Source of the DNA: Octopus vulgaris | Taxonomy: Eukaryota | Direction of reading: 5' to 3' | Length of the DNA: 64,000 bases | NCBI GenBank assembly: GCA_951406725.2 | Contig: OX597814.1 | Span: 141,112,001 to 141,176,000, forward strand | Shown here: piece by piece, positions 40,048 to 52,723 of the stretch | How the letters are laid out: each line of letters starts with the position of its first letter | Position numbering within the stretch: position 1 is the stretch's first letter | Made by a program: the position numbers and the translations under genes | Notes under the pieces: model-generated | What the model was told of the DNA's origin: nothing | Database searches by the model: none | Seen by the model: only the letters and a program-made list of their open reading frames with translations

Positions 40048-40840
40048 ATACATACAAACAAATATAAATGCATACACAAACACACACATTCAGACGTTGG
40101 GGCTATTTATCTAGTTTGAGCTAACAATTCATTGCCACATATTTTTACCGCTAGAATTATTAGCATAAACATAACGCCATAATAGAGTTTTCGTAAACTT
40201 TTACGAATTCTTAGCTTACCTTTGTTATGGTAACTTACACTAACTTAAAACAATCATTTCAAAGTAGCATTAAAATAAATTATTAACAATCTGTAACGGT
40301 TCTTTGACTGAATTTCAATATCCATCGTTTCTCCCACCTCCAAATGGGAAGCGAAATAACAAAAATCTATTGGAAAGAAATTGATTTTTCTAAGATAAAT
40401 TATGCATAAAATAAATATTCTTTCTAAAGGCAGACACTATGTTTATTAGTATAATGAGCTAACTAATAATGTTAATAAAATATTTATTTAGCTTTTATAT
40501 GGCAGAAGAGCCATTTTAACCGTGAAACCACTCAAAAACTGTTATTTAACTTTTTATTTATCTTGTGAGGTGTCAACAGTTTTTTTGTCGCACCAATGCA
40601 GAGGAATTGTGCCAGTGGCCAAATGGCAGTGGTGCATCAACAATTTTCACACTTCAAAATAAACGAAAAGTGAAAATGATATTGGTGTGATTTTAGATGG
40701 TTAAAATAGTACTTCCACGATATAAATTGCTTCAGTTTCAAAACACAGCTTCGGATCAATCATTTATCAAACGTACTACTGCAGTACTTACTTAATAAAG
40801 AGAAATAAGAATGAGTTTTAATTGATTAATTAGGTTGAAA

Positions 40841-41860
40841 TCTATATATATAAAAGAGGCTTTGGGTCAAAATTGTGTGCGGCCAGACCAGTGGTCGGAT
40901 CGAGCTGAAAATTTGACAGCCATAGAAGGCGTGATGAGGCAGAGAGTTGAGTAAGATGCGGTTGCTACGGTGAGAAGAATGATTTTTTATCGATTCAAGG
41001 GGGCTCTAATCCCCTTCAGATTGACGCGATTGGCATCTAATCTAATCAATAAAATGAAGGCGAACGTTGATACAAATGGGATTTTTATGTAAAAAGGGGT
41101 CTAAATGGGGTTGGAAGGGGATTAAAATTTACAGGAGGGGGTAACTTGAGGCGAGAAATTAATTGGGAGGCGTTTTGTGGTGCTACAGTGGTTGCTTTGC
41201 TGTGAAAACGGGGATTTTATTGATTTTGGGGGACACCTTTTGCCCGATTTTAATCAAATTTTCAACATTGTAAAGTGGAAGCGGATTTGTAATTTAAGCG
41301 CGGAAAATGGGTTCATATTTTTGAAAATTAAGGCAAGATTTTTGAAGTTGAAAATAATTTCTGATTTTTACGTATTTTTGTCTTTTATTTTTTATTGCTT
41401 ATAGTTTTCATTTTTTCTGAAAGAAATTTACAGCTGCATCTAGCCCGTGTTTAGAGCTTTCATTTGCATGGTCAGTCGTCGAGATATTCCCAAAATAAGT
41501 ACTAAATTTAAAAAAGAAATCCTTTTCTTCCTTATTTTTAATCGCACAAATAGTGGCATGTACAAAAGGCAAGTGTGCTTTCTGTTTTCACTGCCTAATA
41601 TTTATGATTGGTTTTTCAAAATATTTCCTTTCTCAACTTACTCAAGATCTTTTGTTTTTTATAAATGGGAGAGAGATAGATAGAGAGTAAGAGAAAGCGA
41701 GGGAGAGTCCGAGAGAAAGGAAGAGTAAGAGAGTGGGAAAGTGTGAGAGAAAGGTGAGAGAAACAAAGACGGAGAATGTGGCAGTAAGAAACAGAAAGGA
41801 AGCAACAGAAAGTAACAACCACACCCTCACCCGCGCGTAGAGCGGGTCACCTTAAGCTAG
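40841..41860 (+). mobile_element. Complete non-autonomous Helitron (1020 bp)
   Basis: A|TCTATATATATAAAA 5' end; 3' hairpin ACCCGC-GCGTAGA-GCGGGT then CTAG|T; no TSD. Confidence 0.85.
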
Positions 41861-42179
41861 TATTTTATAAAATATTACGTAAGCTATAAAAGTGGCGAAC
41901 TAACAACAGAAATATGAGAACGTTGAAAAAAAATAAAATCACTTGCAGTACGTGTCCCGAATCCCGTCGAAATCAACTTCGCCGATTATCTTTTCGGGGT
42001 CAATAAAACATCATACTAGTCAAATACTTGGGTGGATTCTATCGATATACCTTTCCCACCAAAAACCTTGACTTCGTGTCTGAATTGGAAACAAAAAGTT
42101 ATAAATTAATACTTTTTTTGTATAATAACAGAGAGGGAAATATTGATTCGCAATTAGGAACACGCACACACACACACAC

Positions 42180-42254
<75 letters not shown>

Positions 42255-42670
42255 ACTGTGCCCCGATGGTAAGATCAACAAAAAAGTACTCCATCTGGTG
42301 AGAGATAAATAATATTTGATAAACACAATATATATATTTTTACGCAGACGTGTGAAAAAATGCTGTCTGAGAGGTTTTCATCGGATTAATAGATATTGTT
42401 TATATCTACTTACAAAATCTCTCAAGTTTCGTTTCGTTTTCTATATCTACTTTATAACATATACAAGTGTTATAAATAACAGTAAATAGTAAATAATACG
42501 AGGACAATAATACGAACGGGAATAGACATGAAAGTTTAAGTACTGATTATTTATCGTGCAAATTAAATTTTAGATTTCATTATGTATATGTGCATGTGTG
42601 TCTGTGTTTTTATATATGCATGTATATATATATGTATTTATGCATATATATATATATATATATATATATA

Positions 42671-43848
42671 CTAGCATTATGACCCGTCGTTGCCCATAGT
42701 GCTAGTGCATGTATATATGTGTATATATATGTGTACATATTACATGTACATCTATATATATACATCTACACATAAAATACAAAATACAAAGTTATATCTT
42801 GATATCGCTAGTGATAGCAATACTCAAAATATATAACAGACTGGAATTGTTAGCCCGTCTCTTGTAATTTCGATCAATTGTATCTTGTCCTCCCTCTTGT
42901 ATAGAAGTGTGGCTACAATCCAGACTACCTCTACTTCTGGGGGAGGGGGCATTTTAAATTTTTATCCGGGACGTCCTACGTCCCAGATATAAAGGTAAAA
43001 ATAAAATATTCACACTTTGCAAGTTCGAGTCGTGTACTTCCTTGCACGCTCCGTTGACTCGAACCTTGCTTCTATTGTGGCGAATTTACCGCCTCTGGTT
43101 AGATATCTTTCATAGTCGCACCAAGACACTTTTCGAAGGTGCTTTCCTCCAGGTGTTCAAATCTTCTTTTTTCTCTACATTGTATACTTTATAGACAATA
43201 GTCTTTTCTTTAATTTAATTTTTTATTATCCATCTGGACTATTCCATTTCTGCACACTAATTTTATTTTTAATTTATTCCCATTCATGTGAAACCACTTA
43301 TTCAAGTTCAAATCATTGATGCAATTTTATACCAGTTGCTATTTTTACTTTTGTTATGTTACGATTATATTATACTTTAGTTTGATTTTAATTATTACTT
43401 ACTACATATAATTCAATTGTTATTATTATTTTTATTGTTAAAGTGAAAGCATCTGACATAAAATAGAGAAATGTTTTTGTTTCACTTTTAACACGTAATA
43501 CTGAAATAGTGGAGAAGATATGATATTGCTATGGGCTCGCTCTAGACAAGAAGTTGGACATTTGTTTTGCCCATGAAACTACATGGACCCTAAGTAAGGC
43601 ATATGTAAAATTTGAATGAAATTGGTTGTGTAGTTCTCAAGTTTTAGGGAATCGTAGTGGAGAAGATATGATATTGCTGTGGGCTCGCCCTAGGCAAAAA
43701 GTTAAAATGTTTTTGGCCGATGACACTCCCGGACCCTAAGTAAGGCATGTGTAAAATTTGAATGAAATTGGTTGTGTAGTTCTCAAGTTTTAGGGAAACA
43801 CACAGACAGACAGACAGACACATATTCTCAGTTATATATATATATAGA
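42671..43848 (-). mobile_element. Non-autonomous Helitron with internal 148-bp tandem duplication
   Basis: Minus-strand 5' TCTATATATATATATAACTGAGAATATGTGTCTGTCTG, 3' CTAG|T at 42671; duplicated block starts at 43507 and 43655. Confidence 0.75.
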
Positions 43849-43851
43849 TAG

Positions 43852-44188
43852 ATGAAGGCCTACAACATCAATATTAGCAACTGGGAAGCATTTGCCAGCA
43901 ACCGTGGAGATTGGCGACGTACCGTAAAAGAGGGAACACAAAGGAGTGACAGAGAGAGAGAGGAGAAATGGAAAGACAAGAAAAGACGTCAACAAGAAAC
44001 TATGACATTACAACCAGCCAGGCAAAGTCTTCACTACATTTGCGGCACCTGCCAGAGGGAGTGTTTTTCCAGGATAGGACTACACAGCCACAGCAGGCGA
44101 TGTATTAGGACATGAAATGTAAAAGCCGGACTAGATTATTTTATGCGCAGCTCCATTGTCTCTCGAGACAAAAAGGATGCCAACAACA

Positions 44189-44190
<2 letters not shown>
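43852..44190 (+). mobile_element. RTE-clade LINE 3' end (C-terminal zinc finger, 3' UTR, CAA tail)
   Basis: INISNWEAFASNRGDWRRTVKEG..YICGTCQRECFSRIGLHSHSRRC; UTR CCATTGTCTCTCGAGACAAAAAGGATGCCAACAACAA. Confidence 0.9.
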
Positions 44191-44219
<29 letters not shown>

Positions 44220-44664
44220 TACATATTAAAAATTCAAATAAGTTATCATTATTTTTGAAAAATAATGATAAAGTGGCCAGCAACCAATCCAATATGCAAA
44301 ATATGCGTGTTTACATATAGTGGGAGATACGTGGTTTTGGAGAGTTTTATTCTTCTTTCAAGCAAACAGGTACTTAATGTGCCCCGACTTTTAATACATA
44401 TACATATACATATGCGCATGTGTGTATGTGTGCGTGCGAGGAGCTGCATCTATATATTTAACAAATATACTGCATATTTAATCTTCCTGCAAAGTTTCTC
44501 TTAGGGTTTAAGTGACAGAGCCTTCGACACAGTTGTTGAAATATGTTTGAAACCGCCTAGTTTCGTCATTCTTAAGGCTCATCAGGGATTGTCGATCTCT
44601 GAAGTTTAAACTGACAAAACCAAGAAATGCTCGAACAAAATGTGAAGAAGACTTCAGAAGAGCC

Positions 44665-44812
44665 CTTCTGAGTTCAAATTCCACCGGGGTCGACTTTGCC
44701 TTTCATCCTTTCGGGGTCGATGAATTAAGTACCAGTTGCGGATCGAGGTCGATCTAATCGATTGGCCCCCTCCCCCCAAATTTCAGGCCTTGTGCCTATA
44801 GTAGAAAGGATT
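44665..44812 (+). mobile_element. 5'-truncated family A SINE (tail B)
   Basis: TTCTGAGTTCAAATTCC..GACTTTGCCTTTCATCCTTTCGGGGTCGAT..GCCTTGTGCCTATAGTAGAAAGGATT. Confidence 0.85.
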
Positions 44813-46364
44813 AATGAACAAGAGTTCCGCAAAAGCATGAATTAGGCATAAATCTGCCTATAAAGTCACATTTATATGTTAAATAAATATACATTTAGAC
44901 TGGTTGTGAATTTAATCTCTGTGGTCACATTACCTCAACAGATTGAGATGAAAATCAAACGTAGAAGTCAGGGGTGCTTGAGAATGTCGAAACTAGTTTA
45001 ATTTGTCGCTAGAAAATGCTGTACGAGTTTTATGACGATATCCAATAGTAGACGAAGGAAGAAGATTTAGTATACAGAGTTACACCGCGAGCAATCGTTC
45101 GTCATTGTATAAGATATTACAGTAATAGAGAAAACTAGTAAAGATTAATCTGAAGTCGTTCTCTTTCTCGTTTCATTCAGATCTGCTGCTTGGATTAAGT
45201 GAAGGATGCAGTTGATAATATGTTGCCCATTTCAGTGCGATGCATATAATGGAACATAAGCATATATCATTTTGGCCAAGAGGTTGACCTCATATCCACA
45301 TTGATAAAGTAGCCATTTCTACTGTTTTGCACGAGGTAATAAGAATTTATCATAACGCTTGCGTTGATTTCTTTTTAAATAGTTATGATACAACTCCTAT
45401 TTCTCAGGCGATAAAAAGCATATGTGACGTGAATGAAAAGTTTGAAGTGCCGTGTATATCAATGGAAATGAACAAAGTACACCTGAATTGTTTAAAATTA
45501 CTATCTATAATTCAACGTTGAAGATTTACGGACATAAATCTTTTCTGCCTAACTGAATTTAGAATTAGTTCTGTCAAAAAATACAGCATATTGTTTATTG
45601 AAGAAACAAAAACAAAGCCACTTCAGTAAACAATGGAAGTATATATTATATATTGATGGGAGAAAAACCTAATTTAATATTCTCGAAGCAATCAGGATAA
45701 AGTAAATAAAACAAAAAATCTGAGTTGTCTTTTCTGAATAGTTTATTACAGCATGGGGCAAAATATTGGTAAAACATGAAATGAAGCTGAAACTACGAGA
45801 TAATCTTAACCATAAAACAGAAAGGATTATTTTTATGTGAATAACTTGAAAGAAATATAAATAATTCACGCTTAAGTTTTCAAATTATATAGTTAATGGA
45901 CAGGATTTTATACCAAATCTCTGAGTTTTCCTTTATGAGGAAAATTTATAAACTGTAACATCCGGTGTACACATTTGAGCTGATATCTAATTGAAACAAC
46001 TATCTATATATATATATCATACTTCATGTATACACGCTGTTGAAAAGCCAATTGCTGCAGTATTTGTCTTGAGATAACATCGCTTATGGACTTCCAGTGT
46101 TACATACGCAATAAATCAAACTGAGACAAAAATCCGTCCCAGCCGCAGTTTCTATATCAGAGACGACAAATTCTCGTCTGAACATGGGAATGGCTGTGAG
46201 TTTGCGCCATTGAAAGACTAAGAAGGTCGAAATGCATCTGGTACTCCCACTGGCCGCTGATGGGGGTGAATTTCCGTCTTTGATATTTTTTTAGATCTGG
46301 CACCGCTCTTCTCAATCTAGGACTGAACACTGTCGATTTCTTCCAAAAGAAGACACAGAACTTT

Positions 46365-46695
46365 TACTTTTTCAATCATAGGACTGTGGCCATGTTGGGG
46401 TACCATCTCGAAGGATTTTAATAGAACAAATTGACCCCCAATTGTTATTGTTTTAGGTATAGTACTTATTCCATCAATTTTTATCCTGAATTGCTAGGTT
46501 ACATGGACGTAAACAAACCAACACCGGTTGTCAAGCGGTGACATAGGGGGAAACAAAACACAAAGACACACACACACACACACACACATACGACGGGCTT
46601 CCATATAGTTTCTATTTGTTAAATTCATTCACAAGCGTTAGTCGAGCTCGAAACCACGCGGTTTCAGCGATAACCACACAGCCATGTCTGCGCCT
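46365..46695 (-). mobile_element. Family B SINE, diverged
   Basis: Recognisable tail, internal (CA)n and head remnant. Confidence 0.75.
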
Positions 46696-47499
46696 AGGCA
46701 CTGACTGAAAGAAAAAAGGAAGGCGGTGGATCGGCCCCGTTAGAGGACTAAAGCTTTACTTATCGACTCCGAAAAGATGAAACGCAGAGTTGACCTCAGC
46801 GGTATCTGAACTCAGAGGGAATGAACGCTACAAGACGCTCTAACAACTCTACCGACTCGCCGACTATCATTTCTGTTGTGAATGCACTTGTTTACAGTGG
46901 TATATCGTCTATGCAAAATCTTTGCTTTAATTTTTGGTTGGAAAAATATCTTCCAGACTATTTGGTATTGAAGATTTGTAACTCTACAATCGATAATTAA
47001 TGTCTATTTGTTAATTTTTAGCCAGCAATTACACACAATATTAATTACTATTTATAGACTGTTCATATTAAAGCCAAAACGCAAATTGAAAAAGTGAATT
47101 AAGTTCATGAAAATAGGGCGGAGAAAGTGGAATTAATGACGTCACTAAAATTACGCAAATTATAGATATTATGTATAAATCCTTAGTCAAAGTAGTTTTA
47201 CAGAGTGCAATATTTCTTTTCTTTTCTTTTTTTCATTTTAAAATTCTATAATTTCGAAAGCGATTTTGTGAAATTTATTTTCCCATTCTTTTGTTTTCTC
47301 CAATGAAATTTTATGGATGTCATAAATCTCCCGCGGAATTATAAATGATTCTGCATGATTAATGTTTTGTAATACTCTATTATTTTTGGTTGATTTATTA
47401 TTCGGATGAAATTTAGTAATGAAATAATAGGATGATAATGAAACATAACGAAAGAGAAAGCGCTAGTGGAGATATACCGAAAGAAAGGAAGTAAGAAGA

Positions 47500-47504
47500 T
47501 AGAC

Positions 47505-47555
<51 letters not shown>

Positions 47556-47694
47556 GACAGAGATAGACGGACAGAAAAATACACAGATAGATAAATTGAT
47601 AGATAGATAGATAAATAGATAGGTAGGTAAATAGATAGATCGATAGACAAATAGGTAGGTAGATAGGTAGATAGAGACAGATAGATAGGTAGAT

Positions 47695-47757
<63 letters not shown>

Positions 47758-47790
47758 GAGTGAGATACATAGATAGAGAGAAAGAGAGAG
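47500..47790. repeat. (GATA)n microsatellite
   Basis: Direct. Confidence 0.95.
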
Positions 47791-48439
47791 ATACGAGAGA
47801 AAGACTCAAGGAAAGTAAGAGAGAAGATGAAGAAAAGGGAAGCTAGGAAGAAAGAAAGGAATTAGAAAGAAATTGTAAAACATGATTCACCTTCTTCATA
47901 AAAAGACAGGGATATGTTATCTGATCACCATAGAGATGCTGGTAAACGTCCTAAAAATCTGGAATCGAATTTCAGCATTACGTTTATCGTTAATGGTGTT
48001 AGGAAAGGGACAAATGTCACATTTTCGTTGCTGTATGTTTCTTGTACCACATCAAACGGATATTAAAAAGAACCCCGAAAGAAATTAAATATTCATCTAT
48101 GTAGCATACTTAACATATGCAATACATACTGCTTAGAGACGTGATGTTGTAGTGTTTCGTCTGAGAGAAAATATCTTCATAGACATGCTGCCTTAAAAAC
48201 AATATCTATTGGAGCGAAACGAAAAATCGTTTGTGTAGGCTAATGTATGTAGTGCGATGTTGAGTAAAACCTTACAGTTAGCCTGGTAGACTTTGTTTGG
48301 CGTGTGGAGCGGGGGTATAAAATGTTTGCATGTATATAACAGCTTCACTGTCGCAGACGTGCGATCAGTATATTATTGTAGTACAATATTACATTTTGTA
48401 ATAGGTGATCAGTATATTGTTGATGATCTTTAAGAAGAT

Positions 48440-48860
48440 CGACAAAAATATTGCCTCAGATACAGACGTTATCACCTTTCACTCTTCCATAACATATAGA
48501 AGATGACATTTAAGATGCCAGTAACAGAATAGAAACCAGGGCTACATCATTGCGAAGTGAACTTCTTGGCCATTCACCAACATTGCACCTACAAACGTAG
48601 ATTTATTAATAAACCCCAACAAGTACTCAATCCCTGAAAAAGCTCAAACGAGACCTACAAAGCAACACTTCTCCGAAATTCAAAACGGTGATATTGTTTT
48701 ACACCAGAAAATCTTTGAGTGCATTCGCAAAAAGGTCACCCGGTTGATTGACAATTCTCCTTCATGAATATGCTCCAACCTCATGCTCACAGACGCACTG
48801 TCTCCTCACTCTGCATTTTATACCGATATTACAACAGCCAATTCTTCCCGTATCGTCGCA
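48440..48860 (+). mobile_element. CR1/L2/Jockey-group LINE remnant
   Basis: KAQTRP..; IRKKVTRLID..; AFLYRYYNSQ resembles the post-RT pattern LD.VQ.RA.RLI...LFYRYY.G. Confidence 0.45.
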
Positions 48861-49743
48861 CATACTTTATCTTTGACCCAAGATTTTGCATGACCGTGTG
48901 GTTAAGAAGTTAGTTTTGCGAACACACTGTTTCGGAGTCAATCCCACTGTGCGACACCTTGAACAAGAATTGTCCACTATAACCTTGGGCCAACCAACGC
49001 CTTGTAATTGTATTTGGTGGACGGAAACTGTGTGGAAGCACGGATACCTTCTGCTGATGAAGGTCAAACGCGCTGAAATGACATAATCTAGCAGTTTCAC
49101 CACGAGTGCTGAACAATTTTCGTCTGCCACCGATACTGATTTTCTGTGGTTTTAAGCTCTGAACGGCTATCCTAAATACTCTTTCAAGACGAATACTGTA
49201 GTATTACGGCGTTCTTATAATAAATCCACTTTAGTTAGGATATAAAGATTTCTATTCAGCAATATTACTGCTTCTGGCGCTGCCTTAAGGTTGTAAGATT
49301 GCGAATTAGCCTTCCATATTATTTATAATTTTCACTTCTACCGTTTCTGAAATCAGCGTATGATTTCTACGAAAATCTTATAAACTGACAAGGCGAGATG
49401 AATTTAAATCTAGGTGCTGTAAGAGTCACTGATGAGCGTTAAGATGCGTTAAGCATCAAAATGCGAAATCGTCGATGATCTGGTTATACCTGCGGCCGTA
49501 GGGAGCTTGTCTCCCTTGTCAGTCATTAAGACAGTGTTCCTGTGGCTACTAAGTTGTTTTGACTTTTATTTCTAGCCATACTGGTGCTGATTAGTGCCCT
49601 TGTTCACTTTAGTGACATATATATTTCTGCCTTTAGATTGTAATATTGTGAATTAGTCAATATATATATTGTTCTAGACACAACAAACCACAACTGTCAT
49701 TGATGAGGAACTTTCTTCCACTGTTCCATATGTTTAGCCTATC

Positions 49744-49837
49744 TCTCTCCGATGATAGTATATTCAACTTATGGAATCTTCGCTCGACACGTTGTTTCAA
49801 TAGCTAGCTAGAATATTCTAGAAACAGCTGTCAGAGA
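49744..49837 (+). ncRNA. Type I hammerhead ribozyme fold, U4C core variant
   Basis: TCTCT-CCGATGA-TAGTATATTC..GAATATTCTA-GAAA-CAGCT-GTC-AGAGA; palindromic stem III ACAGCTGT, GUC triplet. Confidence 0.7.
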
Positions 49838-49927
49838 CTATCTAAACCGTTTATTATATAGTTAGATTAAATGTTCTTGTCAAGTCTTGCCAAACTGCTT
49901 GCCTTTTTCTTCTCTGCTTTAATATGT

Positions 49928-49986
<59 letters not shown>

Positions 49987-50150
49987 CGGGGAGTTGCTGT
50001 GTGTTAAGTAGCTTGCTTACTAACCACATGATTCCGAGTTCAGTTCCACTGCTTGGCACCTTGGGCAAGTGTTTTCTACAGAAGCCTCGGGCCGACCAAA
50101 GCCTTGTGAGTGGATTTGGTTGACGGAAACTGAAAAAAGTCCGTCGTTTA

Positions 50151-50840
50151 TCTATATATATAAAACTCAGCTTGTGTGTCTGTGTGTGTATCTGTGTGTG
50201 TATCTGTGTGTGTCTGTGTGTTTAACTTCCCGGCACATCTCCTCCTAGCCAACAAATCGTAGAACCACCAAAAATGGGTCACTTAAAGTTTAGACGAATG
50301 AAAATTGAACTGCGTTATTTCTGTTCCGAAATTCATCTCGCAAATGCAAAAATCGATAATGTGTTTGTTTAGGCCTTATCCAATGCATTGAATTGTGAAC
50401 TTTACTTAGTCAGCTGTTTGACGTGAACTGTGTTCACCACGCGTGCAAGCATGCGTAAATTGCATGAAAAAAAAAAAATCAAGATATAAAAACGAATCGC
50501 CGTAAACATTGTAGAAATTCAGCAAAGAAATGAATTTTCGGGATGTAGCCTGGAGGGTTTTTTCGTATTAATCGTTTGGACTTTGTGAACACATAACAAT
50601 TGTTTTCATAAAATTTTTAACGCTTTGAAATAAATGTGACCATTTTGCGTTGAGTCTGCAATTTGAATCACTTTAACCAAATTTTAGCAGGCCGGATTTT
50701 TGATCATCACGATACATCGCCAGCGACTCCCTGAAACTCTCCCCTGAAATCCCCGTTGAGAAATCTATATATATATAACTCAACTTGTGTGTCTGTGTGT
50801 GTATCTGTGTGTGTGTCTGTGTGTTTAACTTTTGGATCTA
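50151..50840 (+). mobile_element. Helitron-like 5' segments, two tandem starts (50151, 50764)
   Basis: A|TCTATATATATA(TA)AAACTCA.CTTGTGTGTCTGTGTG occurs twice; no 3' CTAG hairpin seen. Confidence 0.6.
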
Positions 50841-50881
50841 CCAAGTTTCATTATTAAGGATGGAAAGTAGTGTGTAGCAAA

Positions 50882-51278
50882 TCTATATATATATATATAA
50901 AGCAGAAGTTGTTTTTTGTGTGGCAGGTTTGGTAGCCTTCAACTAACACTATCTCCTTCGAGACCCTGCAGTGCAAATTGACCAAAATTGAGAGTATGAT
51001 AGAAGAAGGCTTACTCTTCATTCTGTAGAAGATGACATTCAAATCGGACCATGTTAACACCAAAAATTATTTACATCAAAAAAGTGCTTTTTTTCTATGA
51101 AAATCTCTATTTATTTACGATTTTTGACTGCTGTGTCACCATTTTTCGGTGTATTTCAACTGGAAAAATGTTCACTTGAAGAGAATAACAAGTTGCATAA
51201 TGCAAAAGTTTTACTTTTCAAAAATTCAAATTCTAAAGGGTCGAAACAAACCCAAGCAACACCGGGTGATACTGCTAG
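50882..51278 (+). mobile_element. Complete short non-autonomous Helitron (397 bp)
   Basis: A|TCTATATA.. 5' end; 3' hairpin ACCCAAGCAACACCGGGT then CTAG|T; sister copy at 60327-60704 (-). Confidence 0.85.
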
Positions 51279-51280
51279 TG

Positions 51281-51360
<80 letters not shown>

Positions 51361-51362
<2 letters not shown>

Positions 51363-52660
51363 GTGAAATAGAAAGATGAATAATCTTGTAGCAGATTAAT
51401 CAAAAGTTTAACCGATACCTAGGTAGCAAAAATCACAGCAGAAGACAGCACGGTTGGAGGTACAACCATATGGTGTTGCAACCGTGCGTTGGTGCGGATA
51501 ATTGAATTTTAATATTATTGGTGAATTGAAGAAATGGAGCTGAACGAAGATTGAACAGAAATCGTTTTATTTCATTCTACACGTGTTTCGAAAGGCACAA
51601 TTTACCAAAATCCGATTGAATAATGAGACCATATTGTGTCTTTCTCTTCAAGAAGAAATAGGAAATCCGTTGGAAAAAACAAAAACAGAACAGAGGCGGA
51701 GCAAAACAAATCGAACTAGGCTCCTAAGAGCCCATGGCAAAACTGTTTATCAGTGTAAGTTGAGAACCGGTGGTTGAAGATTTTAACGGGTCAGGCAGCG
51801 GTCATTCCTGTGGGTGAGGGTATGTAGATGTTCTTTGTGACCGGGAATAAAGTTCTGACTATTTAAGGAATATTGGATGTATTATAAGGGGCGAGAAAAA
51901 ATCTACTTAGAGACATGTGTGTGTTTACTGTTCTATATATGTGTGCTGGCGCAGGTTGGCAAGAACTCCGTCAAGGGGTAGAAAACATTTTTTGTGTACG
52001 TGTGTGCGTTTGATCGCTCGGCTGTCAGTTATTAAGCAGCTCTACCCAATGGCTACTGCAGTAAAAACCGTTGGGTGGCAGAAAAATATTTTATGTTTTA
52101 TGTGTGCGTGTGTTCGTCTAATCATGCCTTGTCAAAGAAACCCCCCGTCGTCAAAAACAAAGCCCCGTTTATCTTACAGGAGTAATTCCCCTTGCAGTGG
52201 TTAATCGTAATTATCTTAAAGGCTATTTCAGGGGGAGGTTAGTTCTAATCTGCTTACCATGGTTTGTAATTCCCTTTGGTAAGCAGATTAGAACTAACCT
52301 CCCCTCATGTTTAGACAAGCCATCGCCAATAACTTCCCCAGAAATTCCAAATATTACTCCACGGTTAACTCGCATAAAGTTAGGATAGCTTTCTCCAACA
52401 CTAAAAACCTCGCCCAGATAATCGCCTCCCATAATAATAGGCTGCTTACTAAGACCCGATCACCTTTTTCCGGAGGCACAGCCTCTTCCGCTCCCGGTTT
52501 AATGCTCAGTAGGAATAATTATAGTAGTAATAATGATATGAGAGCCAGTACAGTGACTCATAATCTCAGCTCCAGCCAGGGATTACACACTAGGAGTATA
52601 GTTATAAATAGGGGTGTTGTAGTTGACGGTAACAATGGGAGTAGGGTAATATAATTCACC

Positions 52661-52664
<4 letters not shown>
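51361..52664. mobile_element. Penelope-like insertion: inverted pseudo-LTR (-) joined to an ORF linker fragment (+)
   Basis: Plus-strand WFVIPFGKQIRTNLP/MFRQAIANNFPRNSKYYSTVNSHKVRIAFSNTKNLAQIIASHNNRLL matches the PLE RT-to-GIY-YIG linker (WFNPP....V.TN....F...FP......IFN...VKVSYS...N...II..HN); minus-strand HHR; (TA)n on both sides. Confidence 0.85.
51569..51659 (-). ncRNA. Type I hammerhead ribozyme fold, C3U core variant
   Basis: Minus strand: ATTTCTTC-TTGAAGA-GAAAGACACAAT..ATTGTGCCTTTC-GAAA-CACGT-GTA-GAATGAAAT; 12-position stem II with one mismatch, palindromic ACACGTGT, followed by AATAAA. Confidence 0.75.
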
Positions 52665-52723
<59 letters not shown>

